64,000 bases of DNA from Coriobacteriaceae bacterium (GTDB taxonomy: Bacteria; Actinomycetota; Coriobacteriia; Coriobacteriales; Coriobacteriaceae): positions 8,470-72,469 of the forward strand of contig CAJJRZ010000006.1 in NCBI GenBank assembly GCA_905194345.1, given 5' to 3'. The notes beneath the pieces are model-generated. The model ran no database searches. It saw only the letters and a program-made list of their open reading frames with translations, and was not told where the DNA came from. Below are positions 29,901 to 38,153 of the stretch, in pieces. Positions within the stretch are counted from its first letter, which is position 1. Each line of letters begins with the position of its first letter. The position numbers and the translations under genes are program-made.

Positions 29901-31154
29901 TTAATCATTGAAGCGGGATTGGCGGCCGAAGGATAGGGCGGTGTCGCCGAACTTGTCTCGGACGGCATCGATCGCGACGGAGAGGTCGCGACGGTCGCTC
30001 GATTGGGCTCCGCGGTCGTCGACTTCGCAGAACAGGTCGGTCTGGATGCCGCCTTGGTGGTCGAAGTCGCTCATACCGATGCCTGCTAAGCGAACATGCA
30101 TGCCTTCCTGCCAGATGTTGTCGAGTAGCTCGAGGGCCACGGCCACGAAGATGTTCTCATCGTCGGTCGGATGAGGCAGCCGGCGCTGTGCCGTACGCCC
30201 GCTTCCATACGAATACTTGAGCTTGAGCGTTACCGTGCCACCCGTCAGTCCCTGACGGCGCAGGCGGCGTCCAACCGACTCACCCAGCAGCGCAATCGCC
30301 GCTTCGATGTCCCCGCGCTCAGTCAAATCTTTCGCAAAGGTGCGTTCATTGCTGACCGACTTGACCTCGCGCCCTTCATCGAGACTCGTGACTTCGGAGA
30401 TTTCGAGTCCCAGCGCACGCTGGCGCATGCGTTCGCCGTTGACGCCAAAAATAGAGGCCAAGGTGGATTCCGGTGCACGTGATAGCTCGCCGAGCGTGTA
30501 GATGCGCATGCGGCGCAGTCGCTCCTCGGCCGAGCGCCCGATGCCGCTCATGGCAGATACCGGCAGCGCGGCCAAAAAGCGCTGCTCGGTTCCGGGGCGC
30601 ACGATGGTCAGCCCAAACGGCTTATCCCGCTCGCTTGCGATCTTTGCGACCGTCTTGTTGCAGCCTACGCCAATGGAGCACGTCACTCCCAGCGCTGCCA
30701 CGCGGTCGCTTATACGCCGTGCAACCAGCAGCGGGTCCTCGGGCGCAAAGCGACCCGGTGTGATATCGATAAAGGCTTCGTCGATCGATACGCGCTCAAC
30801 GCGCGGCGTCTCCTCGGCAAGAATCGCCATGACCTGCGCGCTCACCTCGCGGTAGCGATCAAAGTGCCCGTGCGTCCAAATGGCTTGCGGGCACAAGCGC
30901 CGTGCCTCGGCTGAGGGCATGGCGGAGTGCACGCCAAAGCGACGTGCCTCGTAAGAACAGGTGGACACAACGCCGCGGGAATCGGCGTCTCCGCCCACGA
31001 TGAGCGGCTTTCCGCGCCATTCGGGATGATCGAGCATCTCCACGCTCGCAAAAAACGCATCGAGGTCCATCAGGCCCACCGCCGGACCCGTCCAGGGAGG
31101 CGGCGTGACGCCCATGGCATCCTCATAACCGTATGTATGTTCGCGTCTTTCCAT
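29901..31154 (-). CDS. dinB: DNA polymerase IV
   Basis: DLDAFFASVE, SYEARRFG, SIDEA and AKIAS..KP motifs. Start is 31154 (possibly leaderless) or 31115 (GAGG RBS). Confidence 0.95.
   Translation of the reverse strand: MERREHTYGYEDAMGVTPPPWTGPAVGLMDLDAFFASVEMLDHPEWRGKPLIVGGDADSRGVVSTCSYEARRFGVHSAMPSAEARRLCPQAIWTHGHFDRYREVSAQVMAILAEETPRVERVSIDEAFIDITPGRFAPEDPLLVARRISDRVAALGVTCSIGVGCNKTVAKIASERDKPFGLTIVRPGTEQRFLAALPVSAMSGIGRSAEERLRRMRIYTLGELSRAPESTLASIFGVNGERMRQRALGLEISEVTSLDEGREVKSVSNERTFAKDLTERGDIEAAIALLGESVGRRLRRQGLTGGTVTLKLKYSYGSGRTAQRRLPHPTDDENIFVAVALELLDNIWQEGMHVRLAGIGMSDFDHQGGIQTDLFCEVDDRGAQSSDRRDLSVAIDAVRDKFGDTALSFGRQSRFND
31130..31143 (-). promoter_or_regulatory. Putative LexA (SOS) box at dinB
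   Basis: CGAAC-ATAC-ATACG versus Gram-positive consensus CGAAC-N4-GTTCG (2 mismatches), just downstream of TATACT -10 at 31161-31166. Confidence 0.45.
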
Positions 31155-31355
31155 GTCATGAGTATACCGCGCAGCTCATGTGGGGTGCGTGTATGTGCTT
31201 GCAAATCCCGAATTCTTGTCTAAGATATGGATTTGCCCTCGACTACACCGAAGAAGTTGGTCTCACGGACTTCACCTGCCCGCGTCGATGGCGTATTATG
31301 TTCAACTGTTTGTTTGTAGTTGCAGCCTAAAGCTGCTTGGTTGGAGGAGTTTCCT

Positions 31356-31697
31356 TTGGCAGTCAAGATTCGCCTTGCTCGTCACGGCGCTAAGAAGCGT
31401 CCGTACTACCGTGTCGTCGTCGCCGATTCCCGCGCCCCGCGTGACGGTCGTATCATCGAGGAGGTTGGCCGCTACAACCCGATGACCGCCCCCAAGACCA
31501 TCAACCTCGACCTCGAGAAGATCGCCGACTGGCAGTCCAAGGGCGCTCAGCTCACCGATGCCGTCGCCGCTCTGGTCAAGGCCGCCAACGAGGGCGAGAA
31601 GACCGAGACCGTCGTCAAGAAGTCCAAGAAGCAGCTCGCCAAAGAGGCCGAGGCCGCTAAGGCTGCCGCTGAGGCCGCTGAGGGCGCCGAGGAGTAA
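31356..31697 (+). CDS. rpsP: 30S ribosomal protein S16
   Basis: [30 protein letters not shown] start after GGAGG. Confidence 0.97.
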   Translation: MAVKIRLARHGAKKRPYYRVVVADSRAPRDGRIIEEVGRYNPMTAPKTINLDLEKIADWQSKGAQLTDAVAALVKAANEGEKTETVVKKSKKQLAKEAEAAKAAAEAAEGAEE

Positions 31698-31700
31698 ATC

Positions 31701-31985
31701 GTGCCTGAGGTTGACGCTGCACAGCTCGAGGGTGAGGCAATGCTCTCAGATCGCATCGCCGATCTCGTCGAATATCTCGTTGTTCAGATCGTCGACGACC
31801 CGGATTCCGTGAGCCTTGAGGTCATCGATGGTGACGACACCTCTACGATCGAGGTTTCTGTCGCCGAGGATGACGTCGCTAAGGTCATCGGCCGTCGTGG
31901 CCGTACCATCAAGGCCATTCGCACGCTCGCCCGTGCACTGGCCGCTCGCCTCGACACTGCAGTCGAGGTAGAGGTTCTGGGCTAG
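31701..31985 (+). CDS. khpA: KH-domain RNA-binding protein KhpA
   Basis: VDDPD..DVAKVIGRRGRTIKAIRT; rpsP-khpA-rimM-trmD synteny. Confidence 0.9.
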   Translation: MPEVDAAQLEGEAMLSDRIADLVEYLVVQIVDDPDSVSLEVIDGDDTSTIEVSVAEDDVAKVIGRRGRTIKAIRTLARALAARLDTAVEVEVLG

Positions 31986-31989
31986 GACC

Positions 31990-32511
31990 TTGAGGTCCCA
32001 GTACAAAAACATCGCCCGTGTGGTCAAGCCGCACGGAAGGAAGGGGGAGGTCCTCGCGCAGCCGCTGCGGGGGCTTCCTTCTGTATTGACGCCGGGTATG
32101 CGCGTCGCCCTGACGCCGCCGGCGCTCAAGCGCGACCGCTTTTGCACGGTCGTGTCCGTCACCGATACGGGCGATGGCGATCTGGTCTCGTTTGAGGGCA
32201 TTGACGACTTGACGGCCGCCGAGGGCATCACGGGATGCTATGTGCTGGCAAATCGTGACGACTTTGAGCTCGATTCGCTCGACGCCGCCTATACCGACCT
32301 GATGGGTCGCGAGGTGGTCGACGAGCGCTTCGGTTCGCTCGGCACGATCGTCGAGATCATGTCGACGCCCGCTAACGATGTTTGGGTTGTCGAGGGTGAT
32401 CGGTACGGCGAGGTGCTGATTCCCGTGATCGAGCAGGTTGTGCTCGATCTTCCCGACACAGGAACAATTTTCGTCCACGTTATGGACGGCCTGATCGATA
32501 TGGACAAGTAG
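31990..32511 (+). CDS. rimM: Ribosome maturation factor RimM
   Basis: KPHGRKGEV, ANDVWVV and VLIP motifs; synteny. Confidence 0.92.
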   Translation: MRSQYKNIARVVKPHGRKGEVLAQPLRGLPSVLTPGMRVALTPPALKRDRFCTVVSVTDTGDGDLVSFEGIDDLTAAEGITGCYVLANRDDFELDSLDAAYTDLMGREVVDERFGSLGTIVEIMSTPANDVWVVEGDRYGEVLIPVIEQVVLDLPDTGTIFVHVMDGLIDMDK

Positions 32512-32521
32512 GGAGGACAAC

Positions 32522-33280
32522 ATGCTGATTGAGACCCTTTCGGTCTTTCCCGAGATGTTTGAGCCCGTCATGTCCACATCGATTTTGGGCCGCGCCCGCA
32601 AGGCCGGCCTTTTTGATTTTAAGGCGTATAACCTGCGCGACTGGACGCACGACCGCCATCGTACCGTCGATGACGAGCCGTACGGCGGCGGGCAGGGCAT
32701 GCTCATGAAGGTCGAGCCTATTGCCGAGGCCATCGAGGCTATTAGCTCCGAGGGTCCCAAGCCCACCGTGGTGTTCTTTACGCCCTGTGGCGAGCCCTTT
32801 ACGCAGCATGTGGCCGAGCGCCTGCTCAAAAGCGAGCGCCTGCTGTTTGTGTGCAGCCGCTACGAGGGCGTCGACGAGCGTGCGTATGCGTATGCCGATG
32901 AGCGCCTGTCGATCGGCGACTACGTGCTCACGGGCGGCGAGCTGCCCGCTATGGTGGTGGCTGACGCCGTCGTGCGTCTCATCCCCGGCGCCCTTGGTGA
33001 CGAGATGAGCAACGTCGACGAGTCGTTTTCGACCGCCGAGGACGGTGGCCTGCTCGAGTACGCGCAGTATACCCGTCCCGCCGAGTTCAACGGCGAGGGC
33101 GTGCCCGCCGTGCTCGTGAGCGGCGATCACGCCAAGGTCGACGCCTGGCGCCGCAAGAATGCCATCGAGCGCACCTGCCGCTGGCGTCCCGACCTAATCG
33201 AGACGGCGCGGCTTACGCCCGAGGAGCGTGCATACGCGCAAGAGATTCTGGACGCGTCGTATTCGCAGAGCGAGGAGTGA
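32522..33280 (+). CDS. trmD: tRNA (guanine-N1)-methyltransferase
   Basis: VDDEPYGGGQGM, RYEGVDER and SIGDYVLTGGE motifs. Confidence 0.97.
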   Translation: MLIETLSVFPEMFEPVMSTSILGRARKAGLFDFKAYNLRDWTHDRHRTVDDEPYGGGQGMLMKVEPIAEAIEAISSEGPKPTVVFFTPCGEPFTQHVAERLLKSERLLFVCSRYEGVDERAYAYADERLSIGDYVLTGGELPAMVVADAVVRLIPGALGDEMSNVDESFSTAEDGGLLEYAQYTRPAEFNGEGVPAVLVSGDHAKVDAWRRKNAIERTCRWRPDLIETARLTPEERAYAQEILDASYSQSEE

Positions 33281-33846
33281 GAATGGTCCCATCGCAGCAT
33301 TCCGTGCTAAGGGGTGCGTTTGAGTGGATTGTGGTCGTCGCGATCGCACTCGTCGCCACCTTCTTGATTCGCTCGTTTGTGGTCGAACCCTTTGTGGTGC
33401 CCACCGGTTCCATGGAGTCCACGATCGAGATTGGCGACCAGATCCTGGCCCAAAAGGTGAGCCTCGAGCTCGGTCAGCCCGTCAAGCAGGGCGATATCGT
33501 GGTGTTCCATAACCCCGATGGTACCTCCGAGCACGATGTTCTCGTCAAGCGTGTTATTGCCACGGCCGGCCAGACCGTTGACCTGCAGGACGGCAAGGTG
33601 GTCGTTGACGGCCAAGCACTCGACGAGGACTACACGACCGGCATGAGCTGGCCGCTTTCGGTCCAGGCTCCCGGCGCTCAGGTAGGCTATCCCTACACCG
33701 TTCCCGATGGGTGCGTGTGGGTGATGGGCGACAACCGCGAAAACTCTGCCGACTCACGCTACTTTGGTCCCGTCGATCGCTCTGATCTGATCGCCGTGGC
33801 GCTCGTGCGCTACTGGCCGCTCAACCGCATCGGCGCTATCGACTAA
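33277..33846 (+). CDS. lepB: Signal peptidase I
   Basis: VPTGSMEST, VKRVIA and GDNRENSADSRYFG motifs. Confidence 0.95.
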   Translation: MRMVPSQHSVLRGAFEWIVVVAIALVATFLIRSFVVEPFVVPTGSMESTIEIGDQILAQKVSLELGQPVKQGDIVVFHNPDGTSEHDVLVKRVIATAGQTVDLQDGKVVVDGQALDEDYTTGMSWPLSVQAPGAQVGYPYTVPDGCVWVMGDNRENSADSRYFGPVDRSDLIAVALVRYWPLNRIGAID

Positions 33847-33905
33847 AAAACGCTATAGTACAGTACCTAACCGTGTAATCGTTTCGACGAGGGGATATTA
33901 GAGGC

Positions 33906-34817
33906 ATGAACGCTTCATCGCTTTCCTTCCAAGACATCATCCTGCGCCTCCAGCAGTACTGGGGCGAGCAGGGCTGCGTCATTATGCAGCCCTATGACTC
34001 CGAGGTCGGTGCCGGTACCTTCCATACCGCGACCACGCTGCGCTCGCTCGGTCCCTCCGAGTGGCGCACCTGCTATGCGCAGCCTTGCCGCCGTCCCGCC
34101 GACGGCCGCTACGGCGAGAACCCCAACCGCATGCAGCACTACTATCAGTTCCAGGTGCTCATTAAGCCCTCGCCGGTCAACGCCCAGGAGCTCTACCTGG
34201 GGTCTCTTGCCGCCATTGGCCTGGACCCCAACGACCATGACGTCCGCTTTGTCGAGGACGACTGGGAGAGCCCGACGCTCGGCGCCTGGGGCCTTGGCTG
34301 GGAGGTCTGGCTCAACGGTATGGAGGTCACGCAGTTTACGTACTTCCAGCAGGTGGGCGGCATCGAGGTCGACCCCGTGCCCGTCGAGATCACCTATGGT
34401 CTGGAGCGCATCGCCATGTACGCCCAGGGCGTCAACTCCGTTTATGACCTGGTGTGGAGCTATCTGCCCGATGGCACGCCCATGACCTATGGCGACGTGT
34501 TCCTGGAGAACGAGCGCGAGTTCAGTGCCTACAACTTTGAGGTCGCCAACGTCGAGATGATGCGTCAGAAGTTTGACGACTACGAGGCCGAGTGCCACTC
34601 CTGCCTGGAGCGCAAGCTTCCGCTGCCGGCGTACGACTGCGTTATGAAGTGCAGCCATGCCTTCAACTTGCTCGACGCCCGTGGCGCCCTGTCCGCGGTC
34701 GAGCGTGCCAACTACATCCTGCGCGTCCGCGCCGTCGCCAAGGCGTGCTGCGAGGCCTATATGGCCGAGGTCGCCGGAGTCAACGAGAATGCCGACCAGG
34801 AAGGCGAGGTGGCGTAA
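33906..34817 (+). CDS. glyQ: Glycine-tRNA ligase alpha subunit
   Basis: [30 protein letters not shown] and EITYGLER motifs. Confidence 0.98.
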   Translation: MNASSLSFQDIILRLQQYWGEQGCVIMQPYDSEVGAGTFHTATTLRSLGPSEWRTCYAQPCRRPADGRYGENPNRMQHYYQFQVLIKPSPVNAQELYLGSLAAIGLDPNDHDVRFVEDDWESPTLGAWGLGWEVWLNGMEVTQFTYFQQVGGIEVDPVPVEITYGLERIAMYAQGVNSVYDLVWSYLPDGTPMTYGDVFLENEREFSAYNFEVANVEMMRQKFDDYEAECHSCLERKLPLPAYDCVMKCSHAFNLLDARGALSAVERANYILRVRAVAKACCEAYMAEVAGVNENADQEGEVA

Positions 34818-34820
34818 GCC

Positions 34821-36917
34821 ATGGCAGACGCTAAGGATTTCCTGTTTGAGATTGGTACGGAGGAAATGCCCTCCGCACCGCTGAACAATGCCGTCAAGCA
34901 GCTTGGCACCATGATCGCCAAGGGTCTCGACGAGGCCGGTCTGGCCCATGGCGAGGTCCGCGTGATCTCGAGCCCGCGTCGACTGGCTGCGCTCGTGGCC
35001 AACGTCGCCACTGCGACCGATGAGGTCCATGAGGTCAAGCGCGGTCCCGCGGCCAACATCGCCTTCGATGCTGACGGTAACGCCACCAAGGCCGCCCAGG
35101 GCTTCGCCCGCAAGTGCGGCGTGGCTGCCGAGGGCCTGGTCCGTCGCGAGGATACGGACGGTCGCGAGTATGTCTTTGCCGAGAAGAACATTCCTTCCGC
35201 CCCGGCCACCCCGATCCTGACGGCCCTGTGCGAGAAGACTATCGCCGGCCTGCAGTGGCCCAACTACCGCTCCCAGCGCTGGGGCCACGAGCACGCGACG
35301 TTCGTGCGTCCGGTCCGTTGGATCTGCTGCCTTTTGGGTGAGGATGTTGTGCCCGTGTCGTTTGCCGACGTGACGAGTGGCAACACCACGCGTGGTCATC
35401 GCGTACTTGGCCCTGGTGACCATGTGGTTGCCAGCCCCGCCGCCTACGAGCAGGTGCTCGAGGACGCCGGCGTGCTTTCTGCCGAGCGTCGTCGCGAGGC
35501 CATCCTCGCCGGTATCGCTGAGGTCGAGGCTGCCCGTCCCGGCTGCCATGTCGATACGCCCAAGAAGGTCTTCGAGGAGGTTATCAACCTCTGCGAGTGG
35601 CCGACGGTGCTCGTCGGTACTTTCGATGAGGAGTTCCTCAAGGTCCCGCACGAGATTATCTGCGAGTCCATGCTCACCAACCAGCGCTACTTCCCGATCT
35701 ATGACGGCGAGGGCAAGCTCACGCGTGAGTTCGTGGTCGTTTCCAACAGCAAGCCCGAGAATGCCGAGCGCGTGATCGACGGCAACGAGCGCGTCGTGCG
35801 CGCCCGTCTGGATGATGCCAAGTTCTTCTACGAGGAGGACCTGAAGATCTCCCTCGACGAGTTCCGTGAGCGTCTGGCCAAGGTTGCCTTCCAGGAGAAG
35901 CTCGGTAGCGTGCTCGCCAAGTCCGAGCGCATCGAGCAGCTCGCGCTCGCCATCGCCCGCGAGGCTCACCTGGGCGCCCATCTTGCCGCCGACGCTGCTC
36001 GCGCCGCACACCTGTGCAAGGCAGACCTGGTGTCCAACGCCGTCGTCGAGTTCACGAGCCAGCAGGGCGTGATGGGTGGTTACTACGCCTGCGCGATGGG
36101 GGAGAACGACGAGGTCGCTCATGCCATTCGCGATCACTATCGTCCCCGCTTTGCCGGCGACGAGCTGCCCGAGGGCACCGCTGGCTGCATCGTGGCCTGC
36201 GCCGACAAGCTCGATACCATCGCCGGTATCTTTGCCATCGGCGAGCCCCCGACCGGCTCCTCCGACCCCTACGCGCTGCGTCGTGCCGCTATCGGCATCA
36301 TCAACATCCTGCGCGACCGTCTGCCGATCGATCCCACGTCGCTCATCGACTTCGCCCTTGAGCTCTACAGTGAGCAGGGCATTGAGTTCGACGCCGCCGA
36401 GGTCGCCCAGCAGGTTCGCGACTTCTTCCATGGCCGCCTGGTGAGCATGGCCCGCGACGAGAAGATCCCGGCCGATACCGTTGCCGCCGTCTCCGCGGTG
36501 CACATCATTGCTCCGTCCGTCTTCTTCGCCCGCTGCGCCGCCCTCGACGAGGCCCGCAAGAACGACGCTGAGACGTTCGATAACCTGGCGACCGCCTATG
36601 CCCGCGCCGCGCACATCTCCAAGCCCGAGCTGGGTGCGGAGTACGACCGCGCCCTGATGGGCGAGGTTGAGCTCGCGCTTGCCGACGCCTCCGAGGCCGC
36701 TCGGACCGCCGTCGATGCTGCTCTCGCTGTCGAGGATTACCCGGCCGCATTTGCTGCCCTCGCCGCCCTGCGTGCCCCCATCGACCGCTTCTTCGACGAG
36801 GTCATGGTCATGGACAAGGACGAGCAGCTTCGCGATAATCGCCTTAAGCTGCTCAACCGCTTCGAGGCCGTTTTCTCCGGCATCGCCAACATCGGTGAGC
36901 TTGCCCGCAAAAAGTAA
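34821..36917 (+). CDS. glyS: Glycine-tRNA ligase beta subunit
   Basis: FEIGTEEMP, SPRRL, FVRPVRW, GNERVVRARL.DAKFF and PTGSSDPYALRR motifs. Confidence 0.97.
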   Translation: MADAKDFLFEIGTEEMPSAPLNNAVKQLGTMIAKGLDEAGLAHGEVRVISSPRRLAALVANVATATDEVHEVKRGPAANIAFDADGNATKAAQGFARKCGVAAEGLVRREDTDGREYVFAEKNIPSAPATPILTALCEKTIAGLQWPNYRSQRWGHEHATFVRPVRWICCLLGEDVVPVSFADVTSGNTTRGHRVLGPGDHVVASPAAYEQVLEDAGVLSAERRREAILAGIAEVEAARPGCHVDTPKKVFEEVINLCEWPTVLVGTFDEEFLKVPHEIICESMLTNQRYFPIYDGEGKLTREFVVVSNSKPENAERVIDGNERVVRARLDDAKFFYEEDLKISLDEFRERLAKVAFQEKLGSVLAKSERIEQLALAIAREAHLGAHLAADAARAAHLCKADLVSNAVVEFTSQQGVMGGYYACAMGENDEVAHAIRDHYRPRFAGDELPEGTAGCIVACADKLDTIAGIFAIGEPPTGSSDPYALRRAAIGIINILRDRLPIDPTSLIDFALELYSEQGIEFDAAEVAQQVRDFFHGRLVSMARDEKIPADTVAAVSAVHIIAPSVFFARCAALDEARKNDAETFDNLATAYARAAHISKPELGAEYDRALMGEVELALADASEAARTAVDAALAVEDYPAAFAALAALRAPIDRFFDEVMVMDKDEQLRDNRLKLLNRFEAVFSGIANIGELARKK

Positions 36918-36951
36918 GCTAGCCTGCGCGTAAGCGCAAAAGGAGCCCCGC

Positions 36952-37827
36952 ATGGATTGCCCGGTCACCGCTCGTCCCAACGTTATCGTTATCTCCGACT
37001 CGCTCGGCGATACCGCTTGTGAGGTGGTGCTTGCGGCGTCCGGGCAATTTGATGAAGGGGCTTTTCGTCTCTTGCGCCTGTCCAAGGTGACCTCGGTAGA
37101 GCAGGTCAAGTCGTTTGTGGGCCCGCGCGTCGATGCCGACCATCGCGATATTGCCGTGTTCCATACCATTGTCGATCCGACGCTTCGCGCCCGCGTGCTC
37201 GATTACCTGGGCATGCTGCATATTCGTTCAGTCGACCTGATCGGCCCGACGCTCGCCGTGCTGTCGTCGCTCATTGGCGTGCCGCCCAAGGGCGTTGCGG
37301 GCGTGATTCACAAGACCGATGACCGTTACTTCCATCGCATCGAGGCCATGGAGTATTTTGTTGAGCACGATGACGGGCGTGGTTGCGACGATCTGTCGAG
37401 TGCCGATATCGTGCTGCTGGGTGTGTCGCGTACATCCAAGACGCCGCTGTCGATGTATTTAGCCTATCAGGGTTACAAGGTTGCCAACGTCCCTCTGGCG
37501 CACGGCATGGAGCCGCCCAAGTCGATTTACGAGGTCGACCCGATGCGCCTGTTCGGCCTGATTTCGACCGTCGATGTGATTTCCGAAATTCGCGATAGCC
37601 GCTTGGGCGATGACTACGCTCGTGCCGTTGCCGGCTCCTATGCCGAGCCCGAGAGCGTGCGCGGCGAGCTTGAGGAAGCTCGTGCCCTCATGAAGCGCTT
37701 AGGCTGCTTTGTTGTGCGTACCGACGGCAAAGCCATCGAGGAAAGCGCTGCCGAGATCATTGCTCACCTCGAAGAGATTCAAGAGGCAAGAGCCCGCCGT
37801 GCCGTCCGCCGCGCTCAACAAAAGTAG
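36952..37827 (+). CDS. PPDK/PEP synthase regulatory protein (DUF299 kinase/pyrophosphorylase)
   Basis: ISDSLGDTA, HDDG and GVSRTSKTPLS motifs; adjacent to ppdK. Confidence 0.93.
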   Translation: MDCPVTARPNVIVISDSLGDTACEVVLAASGQFDEGAFRLLRLSKVTSVEQVKSFVGPRVDADHRDIAVFHTIVDPTLRARVLDYLGMLHIRSVDLIGPTLAVLSSLIGVPPKGVAGVIHKTDDRYFHRIEAMEYFVEHDDGRGCDDLSSADIVLLGVSRTSKTPLSMYLAYQGYKVANVPLAHGMEPPKSIYEVDPMRLFGLISTVDVISEIRDSRLGDDYARAVAGSYAEPESVRGELEEARALMKRLGCFVVRTDGKAIEESAAEIIAHLEEIQEARARRAVRRAQQK

Positions 37828-37885
37828 CTCACTTGGGACAAGGTTGTTTGGGTAGCTAATTTGGGACGGGGCTCTTTTAGCTAAC
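37825..37885. repeat. Short degenerate tandem repeat (TAGCTMA..TGGGAC)
   Basis: TAGCTCACTTGGGACAAGG at 37825, TAGCTAATTTGGGACGGGG at 37853 and TAGCTAAC at 37878. Confidence 0.5.
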
Positions 37886-38153
37886 CAAAGAGAATACTTG
37901 GAAATAATGCTGATAAATGGTAAAGCGATTTAGCAAAAACATCGCATCCGACCTGCACTTTCCTTGTAGTGGTATCTTCATAAGGTAACCACCTTTACCT
38001 ACCGTTTACCGCCTGTTTTAGCACGTTTACCAAACCGCGTATCCTCTGCTCAAGCCCGTTCATATCCCGCCGTATAGTTCCCTCACGGCCCGCATCCGGC
38101 GGGTCGATTCGTTACCACGGTCGTGCGCGAGAGCGCATGGAAGGGGAAGTATC

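Noticed and set aside
33847..33905. T-box riboswitch upstream of glyQS
   Set aside because: The intergenic region is about 60 nt, too short, and has no T-box motif.
33915..37169. 1084-aa minus-strand ORF, and similar long antisense ORFs at 38112-40769, 10506-12503, 56030-57733 and 47852-49354
   Set aside because: Shadow frames opposite well-supported genes (glyQS, ppdK, etc.). Expected from high-GC codon bias; no recognisable motifs.
37825..37885. CRISPR-like repeat array
   Set aside because: Only 2-3 short degenerate units with no spacer structure and no cas genes.
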